Below, piece by piece: positions 11,001 to 20,360 of a DNA stretch of 24,280 nucleotides (positions within the stretch are counted from its first letter, which is position 1; each line of letters begins with the position of its first letter). Made by a program: the position numbers and the translations under genes. The notes under the pieces are model-generated. The model ran no database searches and was not told the DNA's origin. It saw only the letters and a list, made by a program, of their open reading frames with translations. Source of the DNA: a virus (taxonomy: Duplodnaviria > Caudoviricetes); the IMG/VR virus record IMGVR_UViG_3300003580_000017, positions 1 to 24,280 of that record; one strand, 5' to 3'.

Positions 11001-14000
11001 CTATGCAGAGATGCATTGCCAACATAAATGAACTGATCCGCAGTGCTAGAGTTGAGGATATTTGCTGTTCCAGCAAAGTTACCTACATTCAAAGTACCAG
11101 TGAAGGTAGAATCAGTTACTAGGTTGAAGATACCAGATGTGATGTCTGTTCTGACTTCAGCAGTGTTAGCACCACCGCCACCATGAACTTCGATGTCCTG
11201 TTGGAATCTAGCATCATCAGTGAATCTGGACAGACCATCAACAACCAGTGCTCTGTCTAGTTCAGCGTTGGTTACATTGATACCAACGCGACCATTATCA
11301 GCAGTAGAGACACGCAGAGTTGCCTCATTTGCTGGGTTGTATGCATCGCCACCGACCATAAGTGCATCGGTGCGGTCTTGCTGAGTTCTCTGTGCAAAGA
11401 TAGAGTGTGAACCATAATCGGTTACCTTCTTACCAGAGATGAATGCTGTACCAACAACATCCAGGTTTGCACGAGGTTCGGTGTTAGCATCAGTGTAATT
11501 AGTTTCGTAAGAATCTCTATCAGATCTTGCGACAGTGTTAACACCGAGTCTGTAATCACCGATGGTAGTAGTCCAGGTTCTCAGTGCCTCAGCACCAATG
11601 ACACCAAACTCTTTCCAGTTGGAGTTAGAGAACTCAAGTCTTACATTTGCATTTGCTGCAACTTCATCTGCCCACAGTCTGGGGTTATCACCCTGAATGC
11701 TGTTCTTGACGGAAGTAATAGCAAACTGTACAGTATTGGCGGAACCGTTAAATCCGTTAGAGATAACCTGCCAGGTGCCATCCAACTGACTATCAGTTAC
11801 GCCACTGATTCTGATCTCAGATCCAGCAGTGACGCCAAGCAGATCGTTGGTTAGGGATCCTGCCCACTCAAGAGTAACAATATTAGTATTGTTAAATGTG
11901 AGGGAGTAGATGTTCAGGTTGCCAACTTCAGTGAAGAAGTTTGCATAGATCCAACCAAGAGATGCACTCTGACCGACAGATTCGCCCTTGAGTAGCATGT
12001 CTCCTGCGAATGGAGAACCAGCAGAACCATACTGTACAATCTGTGCAGCATTGAATGTTCCTGTCTGATCAGGAGTCATGTTCGATGGTGATGTACCAAC
12101 GATATGTGTCTGGATCTTATAGGGTTGACCGTCTCTGCGACTATTGAACTGGAAAATTGCAGCAGAAATTTTATTGCGTGCAATGACAATATCGCCTTCA
12201 GTTTCGGTATTTCTCAACCATGCAGATCTATCAAGAGATCCATCATCAACAGCAGGATCAACGAACGAAGAGATCGTCAGTGCGTGCTCTCTTACACTAC
12301 CCAGAACATTAATTAGAACTGGAGAATTGAATGTGCTGCGACGATCCTGTGCTTCACCACCGTTGACGGTGATATATTCGTTGAATGTAACAGGTGTATC
12401 GAAGGTGGTAACGAGGTTACCTAGTGTCTCGTCATCATCAGCAGAATCAACCAACTGTGCAGACTCTAGGAACTCTTCCTCACCCGTGATAGCGTCAATC
12501 TTACGGTTACCAATGTAGAGGTCACCGTTGGAGTTTAGACCAGTGTAGAATACCAGACCACCGTCTTGCTTCTTAGACTGTGCATAGAAGTCTTGTGTCG
12601 CTGTTAGAACGACTTCCTGGCGAGCAGGTAGACCAGTTGAATAGTTACCAGGACCGAAACCTAGGTATTCAAATGTATGGTTACCAGCACGAGCGATAGA
12701 TGGTCTACGCAGTTCAACATAGTATCTCTGATCGGTAACGACTGTGCTGTCACCAGCAATAGGAATCTTACGATCTTCAGAACCAGATGCAGCGTTGCCC
12801 TTCTGTGCGTTCAGTCTGTTATCAACAGTAGAACTTACCTGAGTATAGCTGTTGCTCTCAAATGCTGGTGTGCCGAGGAGGTCAACCATTGCCTCCTTAG
12901 TCATCGAACCCTTGAAGTCGTTGACTCTTACCAGACCATGTACATAGTTGTCAGCAGCAGAGTATGTCTGTGGTGGATCAACTAGTGTAGCATCCAGTTT
13001 CTGATACCAAAGAGGATCGTTCTTATAGTTCAGTGGATATAGTTTGCTGATTGGTTGGGAGAACTTGAAGTTACGGAAGTTACCCAGGTTACCAGCACCG
13101 CGTGGGAATGGTGAAATGTTACCACGGACTGCAGTTAGATAGTAGATACCATCTTGCTGACCGAAGATGCGGCGTTGTACCTCTTCAACATCAAAGATGT
13201 AGAATGTATCGTCGATGACACCAGTGTCAGTGACAGACTCGATGTAGTATTGAATACCAGCATCGTCTTCGATGATATCACCAGGAGTTACAGTGTAGAT
13301 TGGTGCGCCATTCTGTCTGTAGTAATACTCAGGATATCCCTTAGCAATCAAATCCTTAATGTAGAGAGACTTACCAAAGTCAGGGTCTGCAAGTAGATCG
13401 GAGAATGCAGCACCTTGACCAATTCTGATATTCTCAATGTCACTGTAATCTAGTTCACCAACTACACCCTTAAGGATCATGTACCAGTCAGATGTGCCAG
13501 ATACATTGGTGATAGCGTGTAGGTATGCATAACCAGAGGAGTTACCAAACCACTCAACGCGGTTAACTGCATCAGAAGACTGAGTTCTATCAGCAACAAA
13601 GTTACCACCCTGTGGTGCAGTAACCTTGATTGTGGTAAATGTCTCATTGATGAGAGCAGTGTTAGTGATCTCGGGGTTGATAACTGTCAGTTCTAGGTAG
13701 TCATTGTTATCAGCAGCAGTGAAGTATCTACCAGACTCAATAGTCATGGAGACATAGTTTTGTGTCTCGATCTTCTTAGCATACTGAGTTGTGCCTACAA
13801 GATCCTTTCTGTAAGGATCGTATGCTACATCAGTATTCAAGTTAGCAGTGTCAAACTCAGACTGAGTGATACCAATGAATTCAGTTGCCTGAACTGGGTT
13901 GAAGAATCTTGCCTTTGTTACAGAACCAGATACAGGTTTCAGTACCAGTTTCTGTGGTACAAGTTTTCTAGTTTCGTCAGTTCTAGTCTTGATTGTGAAT

Positions 14001-17000
14001 CCATTGATAGGATCACGAGCAGACTGTAGGTAAGATGGAATGACATAACGCAGACGATAGATTCTATCTAGTGCGTCACGCTCATCCTTGACACGCTCGA
14101 AGTAAGAGTCATTTGTCTTATCGATGCCGTCAGCATACTCTCTGAGTCGTGGAATGATCTGATCAGTGCCGTTGTCATTCTCAACCTGTAGATACCACTT
14201 ACCAAAGATCGCTGGTGTTGTACCAGGATTCTGATAAGATGGATCAAACTTCATAGGCGACTCACGCTTGTTAGCGAAGACGCTGAAGTCGTATACTCCA
14301 CTCTGGAAGGTGATCTCATTGACACCAGCTTCAGCATCTGCCTTAGTCTTATAGATGGTGAAGACTTTTCCGTTGATGTAACGAGCGAAGAAGTATACAT
14401 TGCCCAGGATTCTGCCATTGCCATCAGCAACAGTAGGATCAGCAGCATATGCAGCACCAACTAGTGGTAAGTTGCCACCTTCATTTGCTCTGAAGAATAC
14501 AGTATGACCAGTGATGTTGGGGAATGGAACATCGAAGATGTGTGGTACATCTGTTCTGATGTTGGTGTTGCTGACTCCATCCAGTTCACAAGAATACTGG
14601 TGTAGATTATAGTTGTCATCCAGAACAAAGTTGTAGATGTCAATCTCAATGTCGGGATGGATGTCCTCAACTTCAGCAGAGTGGATGTAGATACCAGCAG
14701 CAGCATTCTCTTTGCTGCTTGCGAGCATAATTTTGGTTTGATCGGAACCATCAAATGCACCAACACTGGAGTAATCTTCTGGTTTTGTAGCTCTGCCAGG
14801 TGCAATTACATAATACTTCTCATTGGTTTCAAAACCATTTGGCAGGCGAATGAGACGCTTGTCAACATCTACATACTGGTTGGTTACAGTATCATAGCGT
14901 GGGCGAGGTACTAGTCTAACAGGAGTACCAGTCTCTAGATCGTGTGGGTTAGCACCATTGTTATTCAGTGTCCAAACTGTTGCTCTAGCAGCAAGTTCAG
15001 TTGTCAACTGCGAAGGTTCTTGACGAGCAACAGATGCTAGACCACTCTGAATGATCGTGCTGATATTAGCAAAATACTGACGGATAGTAGATGCCTGGTC
15101 AACACACTCAGGATATGTGGTGTGCTGAGTGATTGTCTCATCAACAGTAGGAACAGTGCTGCTGTATACACCAGTGTCTAGTGTGAAATACAGATAGGAG
15201 TTCGTGCTGCTGGAGTTAGCATTGATCGATGGACCAAACTCTAGACCCAGAGGAACTGGATCTCTGCTAACGCTATCAATATATCCAGGATTCTCGATAG
15301 TATCAGTTAGAATCTTGAATAGAGTTGTGATGGTCGATGCAACATTCTGACAGGAACCATTAGAAATGGTACGGTCAACAGTGCTCAGAGAAGCAGGAGT
15401 TGCAACAGCATCTTCTACAATCTTGAATAGTGTATTGATTGTAGTTCTGGTGTCCTCACAGGATCCAACAGAAGATGTCTTAAGAATGTTGTAGAGGTTG
15501 CTGTTACCAGCAATAACATCGGTTACAAACTGAGTCAGTGTATTCAGGGAAGATCTTACATCTTCACAGGATCCAACAGAAACAGTTCTGGTTACTAGTG
15601 CGAGCGATGCATTGTTAGCAACTGCATCAGTGACAATAGTAGTCAGAGTTGTAATAGTAGATCTTACATCCTCACAAGATCCTTGAGAGAATGTACGAGG
15701 TACACTGTATAGAGTCGTTGGAGTTGTAACAGTGTTGGTGAGAAGCAGAACCAAAGATGTGATTGCTGCTGCTTCATTCTGACATGCAGGGTTAGCAGTA
15801 TCAACAGTGATGGTGAGATCCTTAACCTGAGTTAGAGTTGTATGACCACCAACAGTAACATCAATGTTTCTCATGACTTCAATCATGATGTCACGAGCAT
15901 GTTCAAATGCCTGTACAGTCTGCAGTTCTTCGTTTACAACATGAGCACCAGTTGCATACAGGTTTGCAGCATCCCAGGTTCTGTCGTTACCACCAAATGC
16001 TAGGTTATGTGAGACAACTTCGATAACATCCATGATGTCATCTGTGCAGTTCTGAGTGCCACCAGGAACAGCAAAACCTGTGTTTGCTGCTAGCATTCTA
16101 CCAACAGCAATCTCTGCAATGAACTGTTTGTTAGAAAGAATTAGATTCTTAGCATCTGCTGCCTTGTTATTGACAGGAGTTGGTTCATTATAAGTGATTG
16201 TCTCATCTTTAACCTGAGATAGACCATGAGAACCCATAACTAGGACGGATTCGTTTCTCATGATCTGAACCATCAGATCTCTAGCAGCTTCAAAACACTG
16301 GTTAGTTTGAGACTCTTCATTAGCAACATGGGCACCCTGTACATAGAGGTTTGCCGTGTCCCAAGTACGATCATTGCCACCATATGCAGTGTTGTAGGTT
16401 ACTTCCTCAACAAAGTCCATGATGTCATCGATGCAATCCTGTGGGTTGCCAGTTGGACTGGTGAAACCAGGATTCTGTGCGAGCATTCTTTCATATGCTT
16501 CAGCACCAATAAATGCCTTGTTCTGCAGGATTAGATTACGAGCATCACCACCGCGATCGGTTACAGGATCAGGGAGGTTGTAAGTGATAGTTTGATCAAA
16601 GGTTTGAGTTAAACCATGAGATCCTACAACTAGGATTCTCTGGTTTCTCATTGCCTCAACCATCATGTCACGGGCATGATTGAAACACTCGATAGTTTCA
16701 GTCTCTTCACCAGCAACATGAGCACCCTGTACATACAGGTCTGACATTTCCCAGACTCTATCGTTACCACCATACGCCAAGTTGTAAGATACTTCCTCGA
16801 TGAAGTCAGCGATGTCATCGATGCAGTCTTGTGGGTTACCAGTTGGAGTGGTAAATCCAGGGTTAGATGCTAGCATTCTAGCATATGCTTCTGCAGCAAT
16901 TAGATTCTTATTAGAAACAATCAGGTTACGAGCATCGCCACCACGATCAGTTACAGGATCTGGTTCTTCATATGTAATAGTTTGATCATAAGTTTGTGTG

Positions 17001-20000
17001 AGACCATGAGCACCAGTGACCAGAACCTTCTGGTTTCTCATGACTTGTGCTGCCATGAACTTCGCCTGTTCAAAGACATACAGAGTCTCTACTTCCTCAC
17101 CAGATACATGTGCTCCAGTGACATAAGAGTATGCTGCATCCCAAGTCTTATCGTTGCCACCATATGCTAGGTTGTCAGCAACTGCTTCTAGAAGATCAAC
17201 AACATCATCGATGCAGTTGACATTGCCACCAGGAATAGTGAATGCTGGATATCTCTGAAGCATTCTTTCGACTGCTTCGTTAGCGATAAGATTCTTGTTA
17301 GCAAGAATCAGATCACGAGCATCACCATTGCGGTCCTTAACTAGTTCAGGGTCAACATAAGTGATAGATGTATCCTTAGTCTGTGCTAGACCATGTGTGC
17401 CATAGACAAATACATCTTCATTACGCATGACTTGAATCGCCATGTCTCTAGCGTACTCAAAGACACGGACAGATTCTGCTTCTTCACCAGCGATATGTGC
17501 GCCAGTTTCATACAGATATGCTGCATCCCATACTTCATCATTACCACCATAAGCGGTGTTCTCTGCAACTGCCTCAAGTACATCGACAACATCATCAATG
17601 CAGTTTACATCTCCATTTGGAACAGAGAATCCAGGGAAGTCGAGATGCATTCTCGCTACTGCTTCAGCAGCGATGAAGTTTTTGTTAGCAAGAATCAAGT
17701 TGCGAGCGTCACCATTACGGTCGCCAACTAGTTTCTTAGTAGAATATGTTGCCTTCTGTCCCAGTTCAATTTCAGTAGCACTAACAACACTCTTAACATA
17801 TGTGTCATTAGGGATAACTGGAGATGCAGGGCGAGTTGCACCGTTGTTTAGTTTACCATCAGTGAACTGAGAAGGATCGTAGTCTGCAACCAGCATACCC
17901 TGAACAACGCCAGAGGTATCACCAATGTCAACAATCGCAGAAGATGCAGTTGTAGAGGAACCTGTACGCAGATAAGAGAAGTTTCTCATCGCTGCGATTG
18001 CCAGATCTCTAGCGTAGTCGTAACCCTCTAGAGTTTCTGTCAGTTCACCAGTAATATAAGACAGACTATTACCAACATAGTAAGACTCTGCTGCCTGAAT
18101 AGTGTTGATGTTACCACCAAGTCTCAAGTCTTGTACGGTAGCATCGATTAGATAACCGATGTCACGACGGCACTTCTCAATAGTAATGCCTTGCTTGTCT
18201 AGTAGATATGGATACTTGTTAGTGATGTAACCATATGCCTCTTCAGCGATGAAGAGTTTGTTCTCTTCGATTCTATCTGCGGCGTCAAGATTCTTATGGT
18301 TGATGGTGACGCCTGCTGGATTCAGGATGTCTGCAGATGCAGTAAACTTCTTAAATCCATTTGGAGATAGAGTTGCATTGAAGATATTGCTGCCACCAGC
18401 AACTCTAGGAATCAGTTTGACATATAGTTTTTCATCAGATCTAGCACCGATTCTGAATCCATCGATAGATGCAGCAGGACGAACTCTGGGGTTGTAACCC
18501 TCGTCGTCACCGAGATAGATCTTGGTCTGATCAGTTTGTGTGTTGCGGTTCTTAGTCGCAGGAATATCAAGAGTGTAGTATGCAGAACGCTTGATATTAC
18601 CAGAGGTTGTGTCAACAACCTTAGGTGGAATGATGTCTGTGACATAACCACCTTTGTCCTGACTGAATGCAAATCCTTTGAAACCGATTGCGTGCAGTGA
18701 GGTGTTACCGAAGTTGGAGTTAGAGTTGGTGATCGACATGTCACCACCCGACTCCATCAGGAAATGATCAGCAAAACCAACAGCGAAGATCGAAACGTTC
18801 TGGATGAATGCATCTTCAGATGCACGAACGTGGAAGTTTCTCCAATCATCCTTCCAGTATGCATCACCCTTGGTGTGATATGGAGTGGTTGCAAATGCAT
18901 CTGCTAGAGATGCCTGATTGAAGGTGTTAGAGTATTCATCATAGCGGATGAATGCGCGGTCGTCTTTCTGCAGCGAAACGCCCGTGTACTGCGCGATAAC
19001 CATCGACTTAAAGCCTGTCGCCTTAAGACCGTTTGCCCAGATACCACAAATACCCCAAGTAGATCGGATGGAGCAGTTGAAGACATATGGAGATGCAGAC
19101 TCAACAGAGTCAACTTCTGCCTTGACAATAGCGTTAGAACTTAGACCATTCTGTGCTGTGTATGTGGTGCCACTTACAAGACTTGCACCAGTTCCAAGTG
19201 CAGCAACAGTTCCAGGAATCTTGTAGGTAAACTTACGCTGGTCTACAAGGTCAATGCTATCAATAGCAAATGCACCGTTGAGTTGATCATCTAGACCGTT
19301 GTTCTCAACAGCAACGAACTGGTTCTTAAAGTAACCATGGTTGACCTTAGAAGTAACCTCAACGCTGATAGTTCCAGCAGGACTGGAGTCTGTCAGTTTG
19401 ATGCTCTCAATAGAGCGGAAGTCAGATAGAGGTCCAACAATTCTGGTTTCCTGAATTCTTTCGCTGAATTCACCAGGATCATCAATGGTTGGTTGATATT
19501 GTGAGAATGCCTTAGCAATCTTTTGGTAGTACAGACCTAGTTCTTCTTTGTCTGCATACTCAAAGACTGTTAGTTTGTGGTGAGAGAAGTTTGGTACTGC
19601 CTTTGCAGTCCAATCACCGTTCTGATAGTAGACTTTACCGATACCATCGGTCTTGTCATATAGTGGAGATGCTGGTTCTAGATCACCGTCCTTGATGGTG
19701 AACTGCCAGAAGTAACAACCACCTGTTACATTAAAGATAGCAGATCTTCTTTCAAGTCTATCAGCAGGATCAGGAACGTATAGGGGTCTAATAACAGTGC
19801 GACGGAGGTCGTAACCAACAAGAGATGAACCCCTAGGCAGAATAGCACCACCTTCTGTGTTATTGAAGAGGTAGAGAACATTATTTGGATCAGCAATATC
19901 TAGGTTTGATTTATCGGTCCACAGATTCATCGCCTGATCAAAGGCGAAAGGATCGATACCATTAGTGTCTAAGATGCCAGGGCGGTTATCAATATAGTGA

Positions 20001-20230
20001 TTACCAGGCATCAACATGATCGTGAACTGGTCAAAACGATCATTGTCTGGACCAGGCAAGTATGAATACCTAGCAATTTCCAGGAACGCACGCTGAATCG
20101 ACTTGAATGGTCTAATAGGTGAGTTACCCCTATTGTTCAATTCATCTGTAGCGTTAAAGTCGTCTGGAGACACATACAGATACTTACCAGTCTTAGAACT
20201 GATAAGATTATCAAGCCTAGTCAAAGCCAT
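8072..20230 (-). CDS. Giant virion structural / fibre-like protein (4052 aa) with internal phycobiliprotein-like helical repeats
   Basis: Uninterrupted 12.2-kb ORF behind a perfect late promoter. The N-terminus YLYVSPDDFNATD...RPFKSIQRA is typical of cyanophage giant structural proteins with a beta-helix-like start. The C-terminal LYLPDDAQTGDMIRFIE...GWWLMEL module is of the kind seen in T4-like fibre/baseplate proteins. Confidence 0.85.
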   Translation of the reverse strand: MALTRLDNLISSKTGKYLYVSPDDFNATDELNNRGNSPIRPFKSIQRAFLEIARYSYLPGPDNDRFDQFTIMLMPGNHYIDNRPGILDTNGIDPFAFDQAMNLWTDKSNLDIADPNNVLYLFNNTEGGAILPRGSSLVGYDLRRTVIRPLYVPDPADRLERRSAIFNVTGGCYFWQFTIKDGDLEPASPLYDKTDGIGKVYYQNGDWTAKAVPNFSHHKLTVFEYADKEELGLYYQKIAKAFSQYQPTIDDPGEFSERIQETRIVGPLSDFRSIESIKLTDSSPAGTISVEVTSKVNHGYFKNQFVAVENNGLDDQLNGAFAIDSIDLVDQRKFTYKIPGTVAALGTGASLVSGTTYTAQNGLSSNAIVKAEVDSVESASPYVFNCSIRSTWGICGIWANGLKATGFKSMVIAQYTGVSLQKDDRAFIRYDEYSNTFNQASLADAFATTPYHTKGDAYWKDDWRNFHVRASEDAFIQNVSIFAVGFADHFLMESGGDMSITNSNSNFGNTSLHAIGFKGFAFSQDKGGYVTDIIPPKVVDTTSGNIKRSAYYTLDIPATKNRNTQTDQTKIYLGDDEGYNPRVRPAASIDGFRIGARSDEKLYVKLIPRVAGGSNIFNATLSPNGFKKFTASADILNPAGVTINHKNLDAADRIEENKLFIAEEAYGYITNKYPYLLDKQGITIEKCRRDIGYLIDATVQDLRLGGNINTIQAAESYYVGNSLSYITGELTETLEGYDYARDLAIAAMRNFSYLRTGSSTTASSAIVDIGDTSGVVQGMLVADYDPSQFTDGKLNNGATRPASPVIPNDTYVKSVVSATEIELGQKATYSTKKLVGDRNGDARNLILANKNFIAAEAVARMHLDFPGFSVPNGDVNCIDDVVDVLEAVAENTAYGGNDEVWDAAYLYETGAHIAGEEAESVRVFEYARDMAIQVMRNEDVFVYGTHGLAQTKDTSITYVDPELVKDRNGDARDLILANKNLIANEAVERMLQRYPAFTIPGGNVNCIDDVVDLLEAVADNLAYGGNDKTWDAAYSYVTGAHVSGEEVETLYVFEQAKFMAAQVMRNQKVLVTGAHGLTQTYDQTITYEEPDPVTDRGGDARNLIVSNKNLIAAEAYARMLASNPGFTTPTGNPQDCIDDIADFIEEVSYNLAYGGNDRVWEMSDLYVQGAHVAGEETETIECFNHARDMMVEAMRNQRILVVGSHGLTQTFDQTITYNLPDPVTDRGGDARNLILQNKAFIGAEAYERMLAQNPGFTSPTGNPQDCIDDIMDFVEEVTYNTAYGGNDRTWDTANLYVQGAHVANEESQTNQCFEAARDLMVQIMRNESVLVMGSHGLSQVKDETITYNEPTPVNNKAADAKNLILSNKQFIAEIAVGRMLAANTGFAVPGGTQNCTDDIMDVIEVVSHNLAFGGNDRTWDAANLYATGAHVVNEELQTVQAFEHARDIMIEVMRNIDVTVGGHTTLTQVKDLTITVDTANPACQNEAAAITSLVLLLTNTVTTPTTLYSVPRTFSQGSCEDVRSTITTLTTIVTDAVANNASLALVTRTVSVGSCEDVRSSLNTLTQFVTDVIAGNSNLYNILKTSSVGSCEDTRTTINTLFKIVEDAVATPASLSTVDRTISNGSCQNVASTITTLFKILTDTIENPGYIDSVSRDPVPLGLEFGPSINANSSSTNSYLYFTLDTGVYSSTVPTVDETITQHTTYPECVDQASTIRQYFANISTIIQSGLASVARQEPSQLTTELAARATVWTLNNNGANPHDLETGTPVRLVPRPRYDTVTNQYVDVDKRLIRLPNGFETNEKYYVIAPGRATKPEDYSSVGAFDGSDQTKIMLASSKENAAAGIYIHSAEVEDIHPDIEIDIYNFVLDDNYNLHQYSCELDGVSNTNIRTDVPHIFDVPFPNITGHTVFFRANEGGNLPLVGAAYAADPTVADGNGRILGNVYFFARYINGKVFTIYKTKADAEAGVNEITFQSGVYDFSVFANKRESPMKFDPSYQNPGTTPAIFGKWYLQVENDNGTDQIIPRLREYADGIDKTNDSYFERVKDERDALDRIYRLRYVIPSYLQSARDPINGFTIKTRTDETRKLVPQKLVLKPVSGSVTKARFFNPVQATEFIGITQSEFDTANLNTDVAYDPYRKDLVGTTQYAKKIETQNYVSMTIESGRYFTAADNNDYLELTVINPEITNTALINETFTTIKVTAPQGGNFVADRTQSSDAVNRVEWFGNSSGYAYLHAITNVSGTSDWYMILKGVVGELDYSDIENIRIGQGAAFSDLLADPDFGKSLYIKDLIAKGYPEYYYRQNGAPIYTVTPGDIIEDDAGIQYYIESVTDTGVIDDTFYIFDVEEVQRRIFGQQDGIYYLTAVRGNISPFPRGAGNLGNFRNFKFSQPISKLYPLNYKNDPLWYQKLDATLVDPPQTYSAADNYVHGLVRVNDFKGSMTKEAMVDLLGTPAFESNSYTQVSSTVDNRLNAQKGNAASGSEDRKIPIAGDSTVVTDQRYYVELRRPSIARAGNHTFEYLGFGPGNYSTGLPARQEVVLTATQDFYAQSKKQDGGLVFYTGLNSNGDLYIGNRKIDAITGEEEFLESAQLVDSADDDETLGNLVTTFDTPVTFNEYITVNGGEAQDRRSTFNSPVLINVLGSVREHALTISSFVDPAVDDGSLDRSAWLRNTETEGDIVIARNKISAAIFQFNSRRDGQPYKIQTHIVGTSPSNMTPDQTGTFNAAQIVQYGSAGSPFAGDMLLKGESVGQSASLGWIYANFFTEVGNLNIYSLTFNNTNIVTLEWAGSLTNDLLGVTAGSEIRISGVTDSQLDGTWQVISNGFNGSANTVQFAITSVKNSIQGDNPRLWADEVAANANVRLEFSNSNWKEFGVIGAEALRTWTTTIGDYRLGVNTVARSDRDSYETNYTDANTEPRANLDVVGTAFISGKKVTDYGSHSIFAQRTQQDRTDALMVGGDAYNPANEATLRVSTADNGRVGINVTNAELDRALVVDGLSRFTDDARFQQDIEVHGGGGANTAEVRTDITSGIFNLVTDSTFTGTLNVGNFAGTANILNSSTADQFIYVGNASLHSNIWFGNTPDDPTNISKITIGGAYNNNESLSFTQIDTKSLKVSGDMQLGTRRGLSDTVKLTSTAGSVEFFSGNSATVRLDFATNASEINIAGQGGTTKVRNNLVVDSTARFNADVTLCGGFASYSFTAFRAQMGSVAFAHNTGDLGNNLFNANTDIVDVLRVLETDQVYNEVDTAGTGDWGGTVFQNEITTIGGTPLIEPQVLGALTGEQYYVPLKNRPYDSNGNPYFTENDILLIDTDDSGGTKHPEFVRVVSTPRINIAPYYIIVERRPFGTFTAIRSDHNDNTPIYKCNVQFDATWTTQYIDGAGVEENVYLSQFGGSIDIGDYIIVDREDGTPAGDGVDDQGEVFKVNTLLDLIAKKLRIKNGCDTANEEVVFEVDSTTGKIDSKGDVEIKGGLLLKGSCTTPFQNATTNNKLTITNGATIPITTFEVDTCTGDTTIGNTHGTVFFLAEQFGTSPAAYTADSDVCTVYRFDPQTELTTGPISTIAAPIVPATSNIEITSNVTSFTKGDFVAMYITDAQIEIIQITDDPYESGGQFFLPTSSNAEYVNGGRGVEGTTAQSFQAGVQVVKLEKYDRTTTLLHDIPATQADRATALKARTPNTSDIRLELTLRDADLISPKLDYFTMMRIGNEFFVADSVDGSLDIFYAIKLPKQIRYPNTLATEPVKLFNGGKTTIYDDVEVYSGAFRMYGSDGKTLIMAISNDDGHSGDGSIEDPKTSTNGLTLKGPGTFYGDLKVYYDDCQSNGICSTETSFRVTNKEGNVEMGEKFYQAGKVREEELAAEVMFHIDNLGSAGVGGTEGAKDFRIYHNNAIDSFGIEKYWTGNGGRRQTYVAFDPATGIGQQQDNALQVNNNYIINAASGSNMVLYLPDDAQTGDMIRFIELSGNLTYNTSLIIRALKVANVATPIQGDGTGSKVGAGAGQALTTAWDSGELVIQTRNAAFGLLYVGINDIEGSANAQTIPPALRGWWLMEL
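15255..15790 (-). repeat. Five tandem 36-aa repeats (108 bp period) within the giant protein
   Basis: C(E/Q)(D/N)xxxxIxxL helical units with Cys codons beginning at 15784, 15676, 15568, 15460 and 15352. Confidence 0.92.
15800..17730 (-). repeat. Five tandem 129-130 aa repeats (387-390 bp period) within the giant protein
   Basis: DA(R/K)xLIxxNK...C(I/T)DD...(Y/F)GGNDxxW...GAH(I/V)xxEE...MRN units. The leading Asp codons begin at 17710, 17323, 16936, 16546 and 16156. Confidence 0.95.
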
Positions 20231-20267
20231 ATTTCCAACCGCGTATGGTATAGTTCCGATCTCAAAT

Positions 20268-20275
20268 TATTTATA
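20268..20275 (-). promoter_or_regulatory. T4-type late promoter TATAAATA
   Basis: Exact gp55 consensus, 37 nt upstream of the ATG of the 4052-aa gene and at the head of the structural block. Confidence 0.85.
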
Positions 20276-20284
20276 CCATTAAAA

Positions 20285-20356
20285 CTCCCCTTCCTGGGAT
20301 CGAACCAGGGACCACAGAATTAACAGTTCCGCGCTCTACCGCTGAGCTAAAGAGGA
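20285..20356 (-). tRNA. trnN: tRNA-Asn(GTT), CCA not encoded
   Basis: TCCTCTT TA GCTC AGCGGTA GAGC G CGGAA CTGTTAA TTCTG TGGTC CCTGG TTCGATC CCAGG AAGGGGA G: full cloverleaf with G73. Confidence 0.97.
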
Positions 20357-20360
20357 TTGT

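Noticed and set aside
15255-17730. Tandem DNA repeats as a CRISPR array, mobile element or diversity-generating retroelement
   Set aside because: The repeats are in-frame, degenerate at synonymous sites and have no spacers. I saw no reverse transcriptase, cas or transposase gene and no adenine-specific template/variable repeat pair.
1303-19226. Numerous 60-130 aa ORFs on the + strand and in alternative - frames inside the structural genes
   Set aside because: They are shadows of long, codon-biased minus-strand genes. They have no recognisable motifs, and all credible genes in the window are co-oriented.
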